The notes below the pieces were generated by a model, which was not told the DNA's origin, ran no database searches, and worked only from the letters and a program-made list of their open reading frames with translations. A stretch of DNA of 64,000 nt from positions 160,001-224,000 of the forward strand of contig CAVPLT010000005.1 of the NCBI GenBank assembly GCA_963706325.1, given 5' to 3'. This stretch comes from an uncultured Nitrospiraceae bacterium (GTDB taxonomy: Bacteria > Nitrospirota > Nitrospiria > Nitrospirales > Nitrospiraceae). Shown here one piece after another: positions 9,245 to 18,019 of this stretch; position 1 is the stretch's first letter, and every line of letters begins with the position of its first letter. The position numbers and the translations under genes are program-made.

Positions 9245-9306
9245 GCAGACTCAAACGAAGCATCGGTAGGTACATAGGAGCCAGCCACCCGTCCATTTCT
9301 AGGGTG

Positions 9307-9335
9307 ATGGTAGGAGACATGGCCGATCCTGTCAA
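9307..9335 (-). promoter_or_regulatory. Sigma70-like promoter P1 of the HTH-mraZ-rusA operon
   Basis: TTGACA-17 bp-TACCAT on the minus strand. Confidence 0.65.
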
Positions 9336-9390
9336 GCGAATAGTCACCTCACTGCGACAGGAGCTAGTGCTAATGCCTAAACCTATCCTT

Positions 9391-9418
9391 ATGCTACGGG
9401 GCTCAATGATGTCGTCAA
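9391..9418 (-). promoter_or_regulatory. Sigma70-like promoter P2 (tandem)
   Basis: TTGACG-16 bp-TAGCAT on the minus strand. Confidence 0.45.
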
Positions 9419-9606
9419 GCTGAGGGTAGTGGAAAATCCGTGAGGAAGTGCCTAATGACAAGCTCAAAGGTGGAAGCTAGGCGAAGGTCGGAGCTGCCGA
9501 CACAGGTAGCAGCTGTGACCGAATTTGAGGGGAGACACGTACATCCAGCAAGAGTCGCCATGATGAGGAACAAGTCTGCTAAGGTCGTTCGCCAAGTATT
9601 CCCCAT
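9415..9606 (-). CDS. Possible small lipoprotein or lipoprotein remnant
   Basis: AGGAG SD 6 nt before ATG; MGNTWRTTLADLFLIMATLAGC ends in a LAGC lipobox. Confidence 0.35.
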   Translation of the reverse strand: MGNTWRTTLADLFLIMATLAGCTCLPSNSVTAATCVGSSDLRLASTFELVIRHFLTDFPLPSA

Positions 9607-9961
9607 TCCATGCTCCTGCACACGCTGATAGAGATGCACTCAATTGTGATGCTGTGGGGATTGTTCTCGGAAAACCTCATGCGATAAATTCCATCTGTAA
9701 TTGTTCAGTCTCCAGAGTTGGCCCTAGACAAGGTTACAATCCTTCCCTCATCTGAGGGGTTTAGCCTGCAGATTCCACTGAAGCAGCCACACAGCCCTAT
9801 GATGTCATTGGGCCAAGCAACCTTTAAGGTCTTGGATTCCGAGTTAGAATTTCAGAGAGGCGTTCTATATAGGCCTCCCCCCCTTGATCCACCCTCTCGA
9901 ATTTCTTAATCTATGTTCACGGACGTGTCGGAAGAATTCGCAAGAAAAGGAGGAGGTGCTT

Positions 9962-10165
9962 ATGAAGCTCGAGTTAACACTTGAAGAGGCTCGCGTGCTC
10001 GATGTGGCGGTTGAATACATCAAGAGACATAGGGATGTGGCAGCGAAGATCTACGCCGGCTACGAGGATGATTTCAAGACAATCAATGCGGTTGGAGGGA
10101 CAATTCGAGCAGCCTACCTGAACGGCAAAAGGGAACTGACGGAGAAGTGTGCCGCTCGTTCGTGA
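9962..10165 (+). CDS. Small hypothetical protein (67 aa)
   Basis: Strong SD AAGGAGGAGG; upstream TTGATC-17-TAATCT; plausible helical sequence. Confidence 0.7.
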   Translation: MKLELTLEEARVLDVAVEYIKRHRDVAAKIYAGYEDDFKTINAVGGTIRAAYLNGKRELTEKCAARS

Positions 10166-10548
10166 GAAGGCGTGTATTCTTCGCGCCTGATCGCGTCCAT
10201 CTTCGGCGCACGCGCCCGTTCCTATTCCCTCGCCGGCGGGCATGGGCAGGAAGTGGTTTGCGTGCTCAGCGTATGGGCTAACATAGTTTTCGGCAAGAAA
10301 TAGGTCTGAGGTTAAACGAGACCTTCTTCCATGTTCCGGTTGGTTTATCGATCAGAACCCGGTACTCATGTCGGCTGTACGTAGATAGGTCTCGGCGCTA
10401 CGACTACGGGAACGATACAGAAAAAATTGCAATAAATTCTCATCGTGAGCACCTCGACTGGTTACCATCCGCTGGTAGCATCTGCTCCCAATCTTGATCC
10501 GAAACCCTCATTGGCGTGTGGTTGCGCTTCTCGTCAAGTCCAGAGTAG

Positions 10549-10890
10549 TCAGTCGAAGTCGGCGGCGCCCATGTCTGCCGGCGGCTGCCCTTCCTCCATC
10601 GCGGCGTCCATCTCGTCGCCAAGATCTTCGCCCATTTCCTGTCCCATTTTTTTCATGAACCGGGCCATGCTCTGGGGGTCATTTTCATCCAGTCCGCTTA
10701 GATGGCTCGGGTCAGCCAGAGATTCGAGTCGGGCCTCCTCAGACTTGGGCGAGGCAAACCTGGACATGAGTCGTTCCAATTCGGGGCTGTGGCAGTTGCT
10801 ACAGGATTGCTGGGGAGGAGCGCTGATGCTCAAGATCAGGCGGCTGGTCCGCTTCCCACATTGCCGGCAGCGATATTCATAGATCGGCAT
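10549..10890 (-). CDS. FmdB-family zinc-ribbon protein
   Basis: MPIYEYRCRQCG..CSNCHS..LERLMS and an acidic tail. Confidence 0.9.
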   Translation of the reverse strand: MPIYEYRCRQCGKRTSRLILSISAPPQQSCSNCHSPELERLMSRFASPKSEEARLESLADPSHLSGLDENDPQSMARFMKKMGQEMGEDLGDEMDAAMEEGQPPADMGAADFD

Positions 10891-10893
10891 GGA

Positions 10894-11691
10894 CTAAGCT
10901 CTCAGTTCTTCTGGATGGTTAAAGGTCGACGGTGGCAGTGAGGAATCTGTAACCATGCCGGCGTCCACAGAACGGGCGAGGGCAAGGACCGCCACCTCTA
11001 GGGCGCCGGCAGCGAGCAGTACTCGGGCACACTCATTGACGGTTGTTCCAGTGGTGAACACATCGTCGACGAGCAAGATGCGTTTCCCCATAACATCATG
11101 GGGTGCGCGCAGGGCAAACGCCTTGCGCAGGTTCCCAAGGCGGGCCGAGCGCGGAAGTGTGATTTGCGGGTCGGTGTCGATGACACGCACCAAGTTTCGA
11201 TAGGATACGGGCCGTTGTATGACAGGGCTGATTCGGTCGGCGAGGAGCAACGACTGATTGAATTCCCGATGCCGGAGGCGGTTAGGATGGAGTGGTACAG
11301 GCATCAGAAGGTCGGTCGTCAAATTCTGTGGCACGGTTTGAGCTAGCAACGCTCCCAACGAATCTGCCAAGGCCACTTTCCCCCGATATTTGAAGAGGGC
11401 GATGGCGTCTCGCAGCGGAGGCGTATAGGCGTATGCAGCCCAAACATGGGTATAGTGCGGGTCGCGAGTGCGGCAGTCCTGACATTCGTGCCTGGGGCTG
11501 TAAATAGTGGCTGAGGCCGAGGCAAAGGGGCGATGACATCGTGGGCAAGCAGGTCCTCGCAGGGGACGGATGTGGCCCCAGCACGGACGACAAAAGAACG
11601 GTGTGGGGTCATCCGTGAGCGGTTGATTGCAGCTAGCGCAATCTGAGGGAAGCAACAGTCGTGAGGCTTGCCTAAAAATGCCTCCTACCAC
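10894..11691 (-). CDS. comF: ComF-family phosphoribosyltransferase-like protein
   Basis: Zn-ribbon CxxC pairs; PVPLH, REFNQS and LLVDDVFTTGTT motifs. Confidence 0.9.
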   Translation of the reverse strand: MVGGIFRQASRLLLPSDCASCNQPLTDDPTPFFCRPCWGHIRPLRGPACPRCHRPFASASATIYSPRHECQDCRTRDPHYTHVWAAYAYTPPLRDAIALFKYRGKVALADSLGALLAQTVPQNLTTDLLMPVPLHPNRLRHREFNQSLLLADRISPVIQRPVSYRNLVRVIDTDPQITLPRSARLGNLRKAFALRAPHDVMGKRILLVDDVFTTGTTVNECARVLLAAGALEVAVLALARSVDAGMVTDSSLPPSTFNHPEELRA

Positions 11692-11910
11692 TGGGCGAGA
11701 CCTTTCTTTGACTTGCGGCGCGAAGCTACGGACAGCATGGTTCTGGACTTGTACGGAAAAGCCTCCGACCTGTCAAGGTTGTGGGGTGCAAAGGGGCTAT
11801 GGTATAGGACCTTCCGGTCGCATCGCGCGACCTTCCCGCAGGATTTGTAGGTCGAGGTTGCGCGTCTTAGTGAACGTGACGCCTCCTTCACAGCCATCGG
11901 TTTCCAAACT

Positions 11911-12615
11911 ATGCAATCCTCTGCCAAGGCGGTGGTTAGTGTACAGAATCTCTCCAGAGAATACAGCCGCGGGCAGACGGTGGTACGCGCACTGCAGGAT
12001 GTTACCCTGGACGTGAAAGCGGGAGATTTCTGCGCCTTCGTGGGGCCAAGCGGTTGTGGTAAAAGTACCCTGTTGAACCTTCTGGGCGGATTAGATCGTC
12101 CCACATCCGGCGACATCGTGATCGAGAATCGCTCTGTGACCCATGCGAGTGCCGCCGAATGGACTCGTTTGAGGCGTGAAGTGATTGGGATTGTCTTTCA
12201 AGCCTTCCATCTTATCCCTGGGCTGACGGTCGCAGAAAATGTCGCCTTGCCATTACTGCTCAAGGGTGAACAGGGAGGGGTGGTGACCGAGCGGGTCGAC
12301 GAGGTTTTGCGAGCCGTGGGAATGGACGTTCATCGTTCGCATCGCCCCAGCGAGTTATCGGGCGGTGAGCAACAGCGTGTCGCCATCGCCCGGGCAATTG
12401 TGCACCGGCCGCGACTGATTCTGGCCGATGAGCCGACGGGAAATTTGGATTCCAAACAGGGTGCCGACATCGTCAGGCTGTTCCGTGGTTTGCCGGAACG
12501 CTTCGGCCACACGGTGCTGCTGGTGACGCACAGCGAGACGGCGGCAGCGGCGGCCGACTATGTGTGGCTTATGCGGGATGGTCGGTTGGTGAACTGTGTC
12601 AGGAAGAGGGCCTAG
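11911..12615 (+). CDS. ABC transporter ATP-binding protein (LolD-like)
   Basis: GPSGCGKST, LSGGEQQRV and ADEPTGNLD motifs. Confidence 0.95.
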   Translation: MQSSAKAVVSVQNLSREYSRGQTVVRALQDVTLDVKAGDFCAFVGPSGCGKSTLLNLLGGLDRPTSGDIVIENRSVTHASAAEWTRLRREVIGIVFQAFHLIPGLTVAENVALPLLLKGEQGGVVTERVDEVLRAVGMDVHRSHRPSELSGGEQQRVAIARAIVHRPRLILADEPTGNLDSKQGADIVRLFRGLPERFGHTVLLVTHSETAAAAADYVWLMRDGRLVNCVRKRA

Positions 12616-12729
12616 CAGGATGTTGAAAAATTCCGCCAGCTTTGCTCGGAAGCTCAACGTACCACAAGGGTACGCCTCGCCCTCTCGCATCGCTGCGGCC
12701 TCGCTGGACGGCCTTTTTGACCATCCTGC
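12615..12729 (+). mobile_element. MITE-like palindromic repeat, copy 3 (short form)
   Basis: GCAGGATGTTGAAAAATTCCGCCAGC ... GCTGGACGGCCTTTTTGACCATCCTGC with internal CTCAACGTAC..GTACGCCTC. Confidence 0.85.
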
Positions 12730-12822
12730 GAACCTTTGGTATATCCTCTTCGGCTCACATCTCTCTCTATTGTCAGGGGCCTCAAACGGTTTTACGACGG
12801 TCCGCTATGGGAAAGGATCAGC

Positions 12823-13749
12823 ATGGATTTGAGCACCACCATTGCCGGAGTGAAGTTTTCCACCTGTTTCATGAATGCGTCCGGGGCGCTTTGTGTGACG
12901 CGTGAAGAGCTGCATGCGCTGGGCCGCTCGCGAGCGGGGGCGATCGTGACTAAGTCCATGACGCTGGAACCGCGAGTGGGGAATTCCGAACCGCGCTATT
13001 ACGGATTTCCCGGCGGATCGATCAATTCGATGGGACTTCCAAATCTTGGTTACTTAGCCTATGCCGAACTTATCCCTGATCTCAAACAGTTTGGCAAGCC
13101 CATCATCGCCAGTATCGCCGGTCTTTGCGAGGACGATTTTCTCACGATGGCACGAGTGATCAACCAGGCAGGTCCGGATCTCATCGAGGTTAATCTCTCC
13201 TGCCCGAACATCGCCGGCAAACCTCAGATTGCCTACGATCCCGTTGACTCAGCACGGCTCCTGAAGCGCGTGCGTCCGCTTATTTCCGTTCCCATGGGGG
13301 TGAAGTTACCACCATATTTCGACCCGGCTCACCATGCCGTGATGGCCGATGTCATTCGGCGTAGTGGAGTGGATTACCTGAATCTCATCAATTCCGTCGG
13401 CAATGGTCTCGTTGTGGACCCACACCGTGAGACGCCCGTCATTAAGCCCAAGGGGGGCTTCGGGGGGTTGGGAGGTTCGTTGATAAAACCCGTCGCGCTG
13501 GCGAATGTGCGAGCATTTTGGAAGCTGCTGGAAGGCAAGATTCCGATCATCGGAACCGGCGGGGTCATGCAGGGGGTCGATGCGTTTGAACATGTGCTCT
13601 GTGGAGCATCCGCAGTCCAGGTGGGAACCGCATTGGTTGAAGAGGGCCTGGCGGTGTTCGAGCGATTGGAACGCGAATTGACGGGTGAACTGACCGCGCG
13701 AGGCAGAGAGTCGCTGTGTGAATGCCGAGGAAGTTTGAAAGAGTTATAA
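12823..13749 (+). CDS. pyrD: Dihydroorotate dehydrogenase, class 1A
   Basis: MNASG, GSINSMGLPN, NLSCPN, VKLPPYFD and GFGGLGG motifs. Confidence 0.9.
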   Translation: MDLSTTIAGVKFSTCFMNASGALCVTREELHALGRSRAGAIVTKSMTLEPRVGNSEPRYYGFPGGSINSMGLPNLGYLAYAELIPDLKQFGKPIIASIAGLCEDDFLTMARVINQAGPDLIEVNLSCPNIAGKPQIAYDPVDSARLLKRVRPLISVPMGVKLPPYFDPAHHAVMADVIRRSGVDYLNLINSVGNGLVVDPHRETPVIKPKGGFGGLGGSLIKPVALANVRAFWKLLEGKIPIIGTGGVMQGVDAFEHVLCGASAVQVGTALVEEGLAVFERLERELTGELTARGRESLCECRGSLKEL

Positions 13750-13786
13750 CCGAGTGCTGCTGGGTGCCCGAGACCTCGCCGCGAGT

Positions 13787-14140
13787 TTATTTAAATGCGA
13801 AATTCTTGGGAAGAAAGCCCTGCTGCAGCGCTTGACGGAGGAGCTGTGCGACATTGCGGACTTTTAGGCGTCGCATTAAATTGAATCGATGGACCTCAAC
13901 CGTCCGGACGCTGATCGCAAGACGGCGCGCAATATCTCGATTCGTATTTCCTTGCGACACGAGCTTGAGAATTTCCCTTTGCCGGGGCGTCAACCCATCC
14001 GTTCGTTTGCCGGACGGCTTGATCGGTTTATTTGATTTGACCGGCTTGGTCTTCTTTGTCGGCTTTGCAGCCTTGGTCGACTTCGTGGTCTTTTTCGCCT
14101 TCGCAGCTTTTTTGGAGCGAACCAGTTTGCGTTGTGGCAT
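13787..14140 (-). CDS. Stand-alone LuxR/GerE HTH protein with a Lys-rich N-terminal tail
   Basis: LTPRQREILKLV..NRDIARRLAISVRTVEVHRFNLMRRL. Confidence 0.85.
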   Translation of the reverse strand: MPQRKLVRSKKAAKAKKTTKSTKAAKPTKKTKPVKSNKPIKPSGKRTDGLTPRQREILKLVSQGNTNRDIARRLAISVRTVEVHRFNLMRRLKVRNVAQLLRQALQQGFLPKNFAFK

Positions 14141-14238
14141 AGATTTTCTCTGTCCCAAATTCTACTGTTAGTAATCCTAGCATACCTGTGTAAATCTGTA
14201 AAAACAATTACTGGACTCCTGTTCGATGGAGCGTACGA

Positions 14239-16893
14239 ATGTCGCTGCCCCCATCGTCCCTCGTCGCGGTCTTCGTTCGTCTGGGATGGACACATTTGTC
14301 CACGCGTCCTGGCCGAACCCTGCTTACCATTCTTGGCGTCGGATTGGGGGTGGCGGCGACGATTGCTGTCCAAACCGCCAATGTGGACGTTTTACGCTCC
14401 TTCGAGGAGTCTGTCCTGACTGTGGCTGGCCCGGTCACCCTGGAGGTGTCGGCGGGAGAGGCAGGAATGGATGAGCGTCTAGTCACAGGAGTACGAGACA
14501 TTGCCGGAGTCGAATCGGCTCGACCGGTGCTGGAGGTCGGTGTTCGACTAGCGATCGGGGCCGGCCGTTACCAATCGTTCCGTATCCTCGGGGTGGACCT
14601 TCTGGATGAACTCAATTCCGTGAGGGGTCGTCTGCCTGCTTCGTTCGACGCGCTCCAGGGTTCCGGAGAAGAGCAAGGGCTGGAAGGGCTTTTGATCCCT
14701 GATGGCATTTTGGTGGGCCAAGGGCTGGCGTTGGAGATAGACGCCAAGCCCAAGACCGTGCTTGCCCTGGAGGTCGGTGGACGCGACATTTCGGTCTCCG
14801 TGACCTCGGTCATGCGTCGCCACTCGGGTCCCCCATCCGTATGGGACCGCTTGGCGGTTATGGATATTGCCGCCGCGCAGCGGACGTTCGGCCTAACCGG
14901 GCGTTTGGATCGCATCGATGTTGTCACGCAATCCTCATTTTCGATCGAGCAGGTAGCGCAGGCCATACAGCGGATCCTGCCTCCGGCTGTCACCGTCCAC
15001 CGTCCGCTCCAACGCAGCCGGCAGGTCGAATCCATGGTCGGAGCGTTTCAATTGAATTTATCCGTACTGAGCATGGTGGGGCTGCTAATCGGGGTGTTTT
15101 TGATCTACAACACCGTGTCCTTCACGGTGACGCAACGGCGGCGCGAAGTGGGTATTCTGCGTGCCATCGGGATGAGCGAGTTCATGGTCGTCGGTCTTTT
15201 TCTTGCTGAGGCCGGACTAGTTGGTTTGGTCGGGGGAATCGTCGGAGGCGGGCTAGGGCTCGTGATGGGCAATGCGCTGGTCGGCGTGGTTGGCCGAACC
15301 ATACATGATCTATACGCACCGATGGCAGACATGTCGAACGCATTTGGATTTCCCCCGGGATCCGGGCGGCTGTGGCTCGAGGCTTTGGTGATCGGCAGTG
15401 GGGTGTCCGTGCTAGGGGCGCTGGGACCGAGTTTGGATGCTGGTCGCACCATTGTGGTCGCCGCCCTTGCGCCGGGAGAATACGATGTTACACAGCGGCT
15501 GCGCGCAGTTCCGCTCGCTATCGCGGGCGGAATTCTACTGATAGTCGCCCTGGCATGTGCCTTCGCCGAGCCTGTCGGCGGTGTGCCGGTGTTTGGGTAC
15601 CTTGCGACGCTCAGCCTCCTCGTAGGCTTATCCTGCCTGGTCCCTGTTCTCATCAAGCAATTTTGTCGCACCAGGGAGTTAGGCAAGGCTGCTGCCTCGC
15701 CTTCATTGGGAGGCGCGATCCGCCACATTGCACGAGAGCAAACCACGAGGGGAATGGGACGAAATGCGGTCACGGTGTCCGCTTTTCTCGTGGGGGTGGC
15801 GATTATGGTCGGGGTGATGATGATGATTCGGAGCTTTCGAGACACGGTCGAAATTTGGATTGATCAGACGGTGATGGCGGATTTTATCGTGGCGCCGGCT
15901 GGATGGCCCCATGCCAGCCAGCACGGAACGATGAATCGTACCCTCCCTCCCGGTTGGAGGGCGGCATTGGCCCGTGCAGCGCATGTGTCGGCGGTCGACG
16001 CGTACCATGACATTCGTATTGAGCTGCAGGGACGGCAGGTTGCGCTCGTGTCGAGGGATCTGGCGCTCCATGCCGCACGAAGTCGATATCTTTTCCTGGA
16101 AGGTGACTCCTCCGCGATTCTTGCGCATGCTGCAGCCGGCGAAGGCGTGATTCTCTCGGAAGTGTTGGCCAATTCCCTGCACTTGACGACAGGGAGCCGG
16201 CTGACTGTGATGACGCCGTCAGGAGAAAAATCGATGACGGTGTTGGGAGTGTTCTTTGACTATGCGACAGACGGCGGGAAGCTCGTCATCGATCGATCTT
16301 TGTATCATCGATGGTGGAACGACGAAAGTGTCACGCTGTTTCCCATCTATGTCATATCCGGTGCTGATCTGGGGCAGGTTCGGTCCGCCATTCTCGAAAC
16401 CTTGGCCCAAGAGACGCAGGGGCAGATGTCTCCAACGGTGCTGACCAATGCGGATTTGCGAGAGGAGATCCTTCGCATTTTCGATCGTACGTTCACCCTG
16501 ACCTATGTGCTGGAGGCCATTGCCGTGATCATCGCAATGTTGGGGATCATCAACACGCTGGTGACTTCCGTTGTTGAACGACGGCGCGAGCTGGCGACTC
16601 TGCAAGCGCTCGGGAGCAGCCGCGGGCAGATCACCGCGCTGATTCTGTGGGAGGCCGGGTATCTCGGTTTGTTGGGAACGGTAATGGGATTGTTTGGTGG
16701 GCTGGCGCTGGCGTGGATACTGATACGAGTCATCAACCGGCAATCATTCGGCTGGACGATCCAAATCTCATGGCCGCTAGGCCTTATGGCCGAAGTGGCG
16801 GCCATGGCTTTGGCGGCCTCGCTGTTTGCCGGACTGTGGCCGGCTCGGTGGGCCTCCAAGCAACCGCTGGTAGAAGGGTTGCGCTATGAGTGA
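14239..16893 (+). CDS. Duplicated FtsX-type ABC permease (AttF/G-like)
   Basis: Two MacB-PCD/FtsX halves; RRREVGILRAIG and RRRELATLQALG; ends GLRYE. Confidence 0.9.
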   Translation: MSLPPSSLVAVFVRLGWTHLSTRPGRTLLTILGVGLGVAATIAVQTANVDVLRSFEESVLTVAGPVTLEVSAGEAGMDERLVTGVRDIAGVESARPVLEVGVRLAIGAGRYQSFRILGVDLLDELNSVRGRLPASFDALQGSGEEQGLEGLLIPDGILVGQGLALEIDAKPKTVLALEVGGRDISVSVTSVMRRHSGPPSVWDRLAVMDIAAAQRTFGLTGRLDRIDVVTQSSFSIEQVAQAIQRILPPAVTVHRPLQRSRQVESMVGAFQLNLSVLSMVGLLIGVFLIYNTVSFTVTQRRREVGILRAIGMSEFMVVGLFLAEAGLVGLVGGIVGGGLGLVMGNALVGVVGRTIHDLYAPMADMSNAFGFPPGSGRLWLEALVIGSGVSVLGALGPSLDAGRTIVVAALAPGEYDVTQRLRAVPLAIAGGILLIVALACAFAEPVGGVPVFGYLATLSLLVGLSCLVPVLIKQFCRTRELGKAAASPSLGGAIRHIAREQTTRGMGRNAVTVSAFLVGVAIMVGVMMMIRSFRDTVEIWIDQTVMADFIVAPAGWPHASQHGTMNRTLPPGWRAALARAAHVSAVDAYHDIRIELQGRQVALVSRDLALHAARSRYLFLEGDSSAILAHAAAGEGVILSEVLANSLHLTTGSRLTVMTPSGEKSMTVLGVFFDYATDGGKLVIDRSLYHRWWNDESVTLFPIYVISGADLGQVRSAILETLAQETQGQMSPTVLTNADLREEILRIFDRTFTLTYVLEAIAVIIAMLGIINTLVTSVVERRRELATLQALGSSRGQITALILWEAGYLGLLGTVMGLFGGLALAWILIRVINRQSFGWTIQISWPLGLMAEVAAMALAASLFAGLWPARWASKQPLVEGLRYE

Positions 16894-17918
16894 AGACCGA
16901 CGGCGGGTTCAGGCGCCTGCGTGGATCGCTGTGCGATGGGAATCGCATCGACCTGGATCTCAAAGCCAAGGTCTTCGATCATTCTCCACACTTCCGCGGC
17001 AGGTTGACCAGGGGTGGTGAGGTACCCGTTCACAAATACTGAATCCGCAGGATAGAGCGCCAGCGGCTGCAAGCTGCGCAGATTGTGCTCCCGCCCTCCG
17101 GCGATCCGGAGTTCCGTCCGCGGATGGAGGAAACGGAAAAGGCAGAGGGCCTTGAGACAACGTTGTGGCGTAAGGGGCGCACAGTCTTCTAACGGCGTGC
17201 CGGACGCCGGGTGAAAGGTGTTGATGGGAATTGAGTCCGGTTTGACTTCTCGGAGCGCCATTGCCAAGTCAATCAGATCCTCATCACGTTCTCCCATACC
17301 GACGATGCCACCGGAGCAGATTTCGAGGCCCGCAGTCCGCGCATGGTGAATCGTGGCCAGCCGGTCCTGAAACGTGTGCGTAGTGCAAATCGAGGAATGA
17401 TAAGCTTCGCTGGTGTTCAGATTGTGATTGATTCGATCGACCCCGGCGGCTTTCAGGTCACTCGCTTGGCGTTGATTGAGAAGGCCCAAAGAGCAGCAGA
17501 TCTGAATCGGAACTTCCTGTTTGATGGAGCGCACAGCGGAGGCAATGTCGGCAATCTCCCGATCCAATGGGCTGCGGCCGCTGATCACGATACAGTACCG
17601 CTGGGCCTTGGCGGCTGCGGCTCGGCGCGCGCCGGTCATCATCTCATCGCGAGAAATCAGGCCGTAACGCTCGATCGGCGCGGTTGAGACGACGGACTGC
17701 GAACAATAACCGCAGTCCTCCTGGCAGGCGCCGCTCTTTGCATTCAGCAACATCTGCAGGCGAACTGTTTTGCCGAAGTACCGTTCACGAACCCGGAAGG
17801 CCGCTTGTAAGAGTTCGAGCAGTTGGGAGTCTGGGGTTTTCAATACGCCGAGGCTCTCCTCCCGGGTGAGCAATTCATCCCGCAAGGCCTTGTCGGCCAG
17901 GATCGTGAAGTCAGTCAT
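16884..17918 (-). CDS. bioB: Biotin synthase
   Basis: KSGACQEDCGYCSQS radical-SAM motif; NHNLNT; CSGGIVGMGE; YLTT. Confidence 0.95.
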   Translation of the reverse strand: MTDFTILADKALRDELLTREESLGVLKTPDSQLLELLQAAFRVRERYFGKTVRLQMLLNAKSGACQEDCGYCSQSVVSTAPIERYGLISRDEMMTGARRAAAAKAQRYCIVISGRSPLDREIADIASAVRSIKQEVPIQICCSLGLLNQRQASDLKAAGVDRINHNLNTSEAYHSSICTTHTFQDRLATIHHARTAGLEICSGGIVGMGERDEDLIDLAMALREVKPDSIPINTFHPASGTPLEDCAPLTPQRCLKALCLFRFLHPRTELRIAGGREHNLRSLQPLALYPADSVFVNGYLTTPGQPAAEVWRMIEDLGFEIQVDAIPIAQRSTQAPEPAVGLHS

Positions 17919-18019
17919 GCACGCTACTCCTCGAAAAAATAGATCGGACCTCGCCACCCGCTTCGTGCTTCCGTGGGAGGGAGGCCTGGGTTGTGAAAAG
18001 AAAAAATGGCGGAGAAACC

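Noticed and set aside
10276..10317. attC-like GGCTAAC...GTTAAAC
   Set aside because: Too short (about 42 bp), poor internal pairing, and no integron integrase or cassette array.
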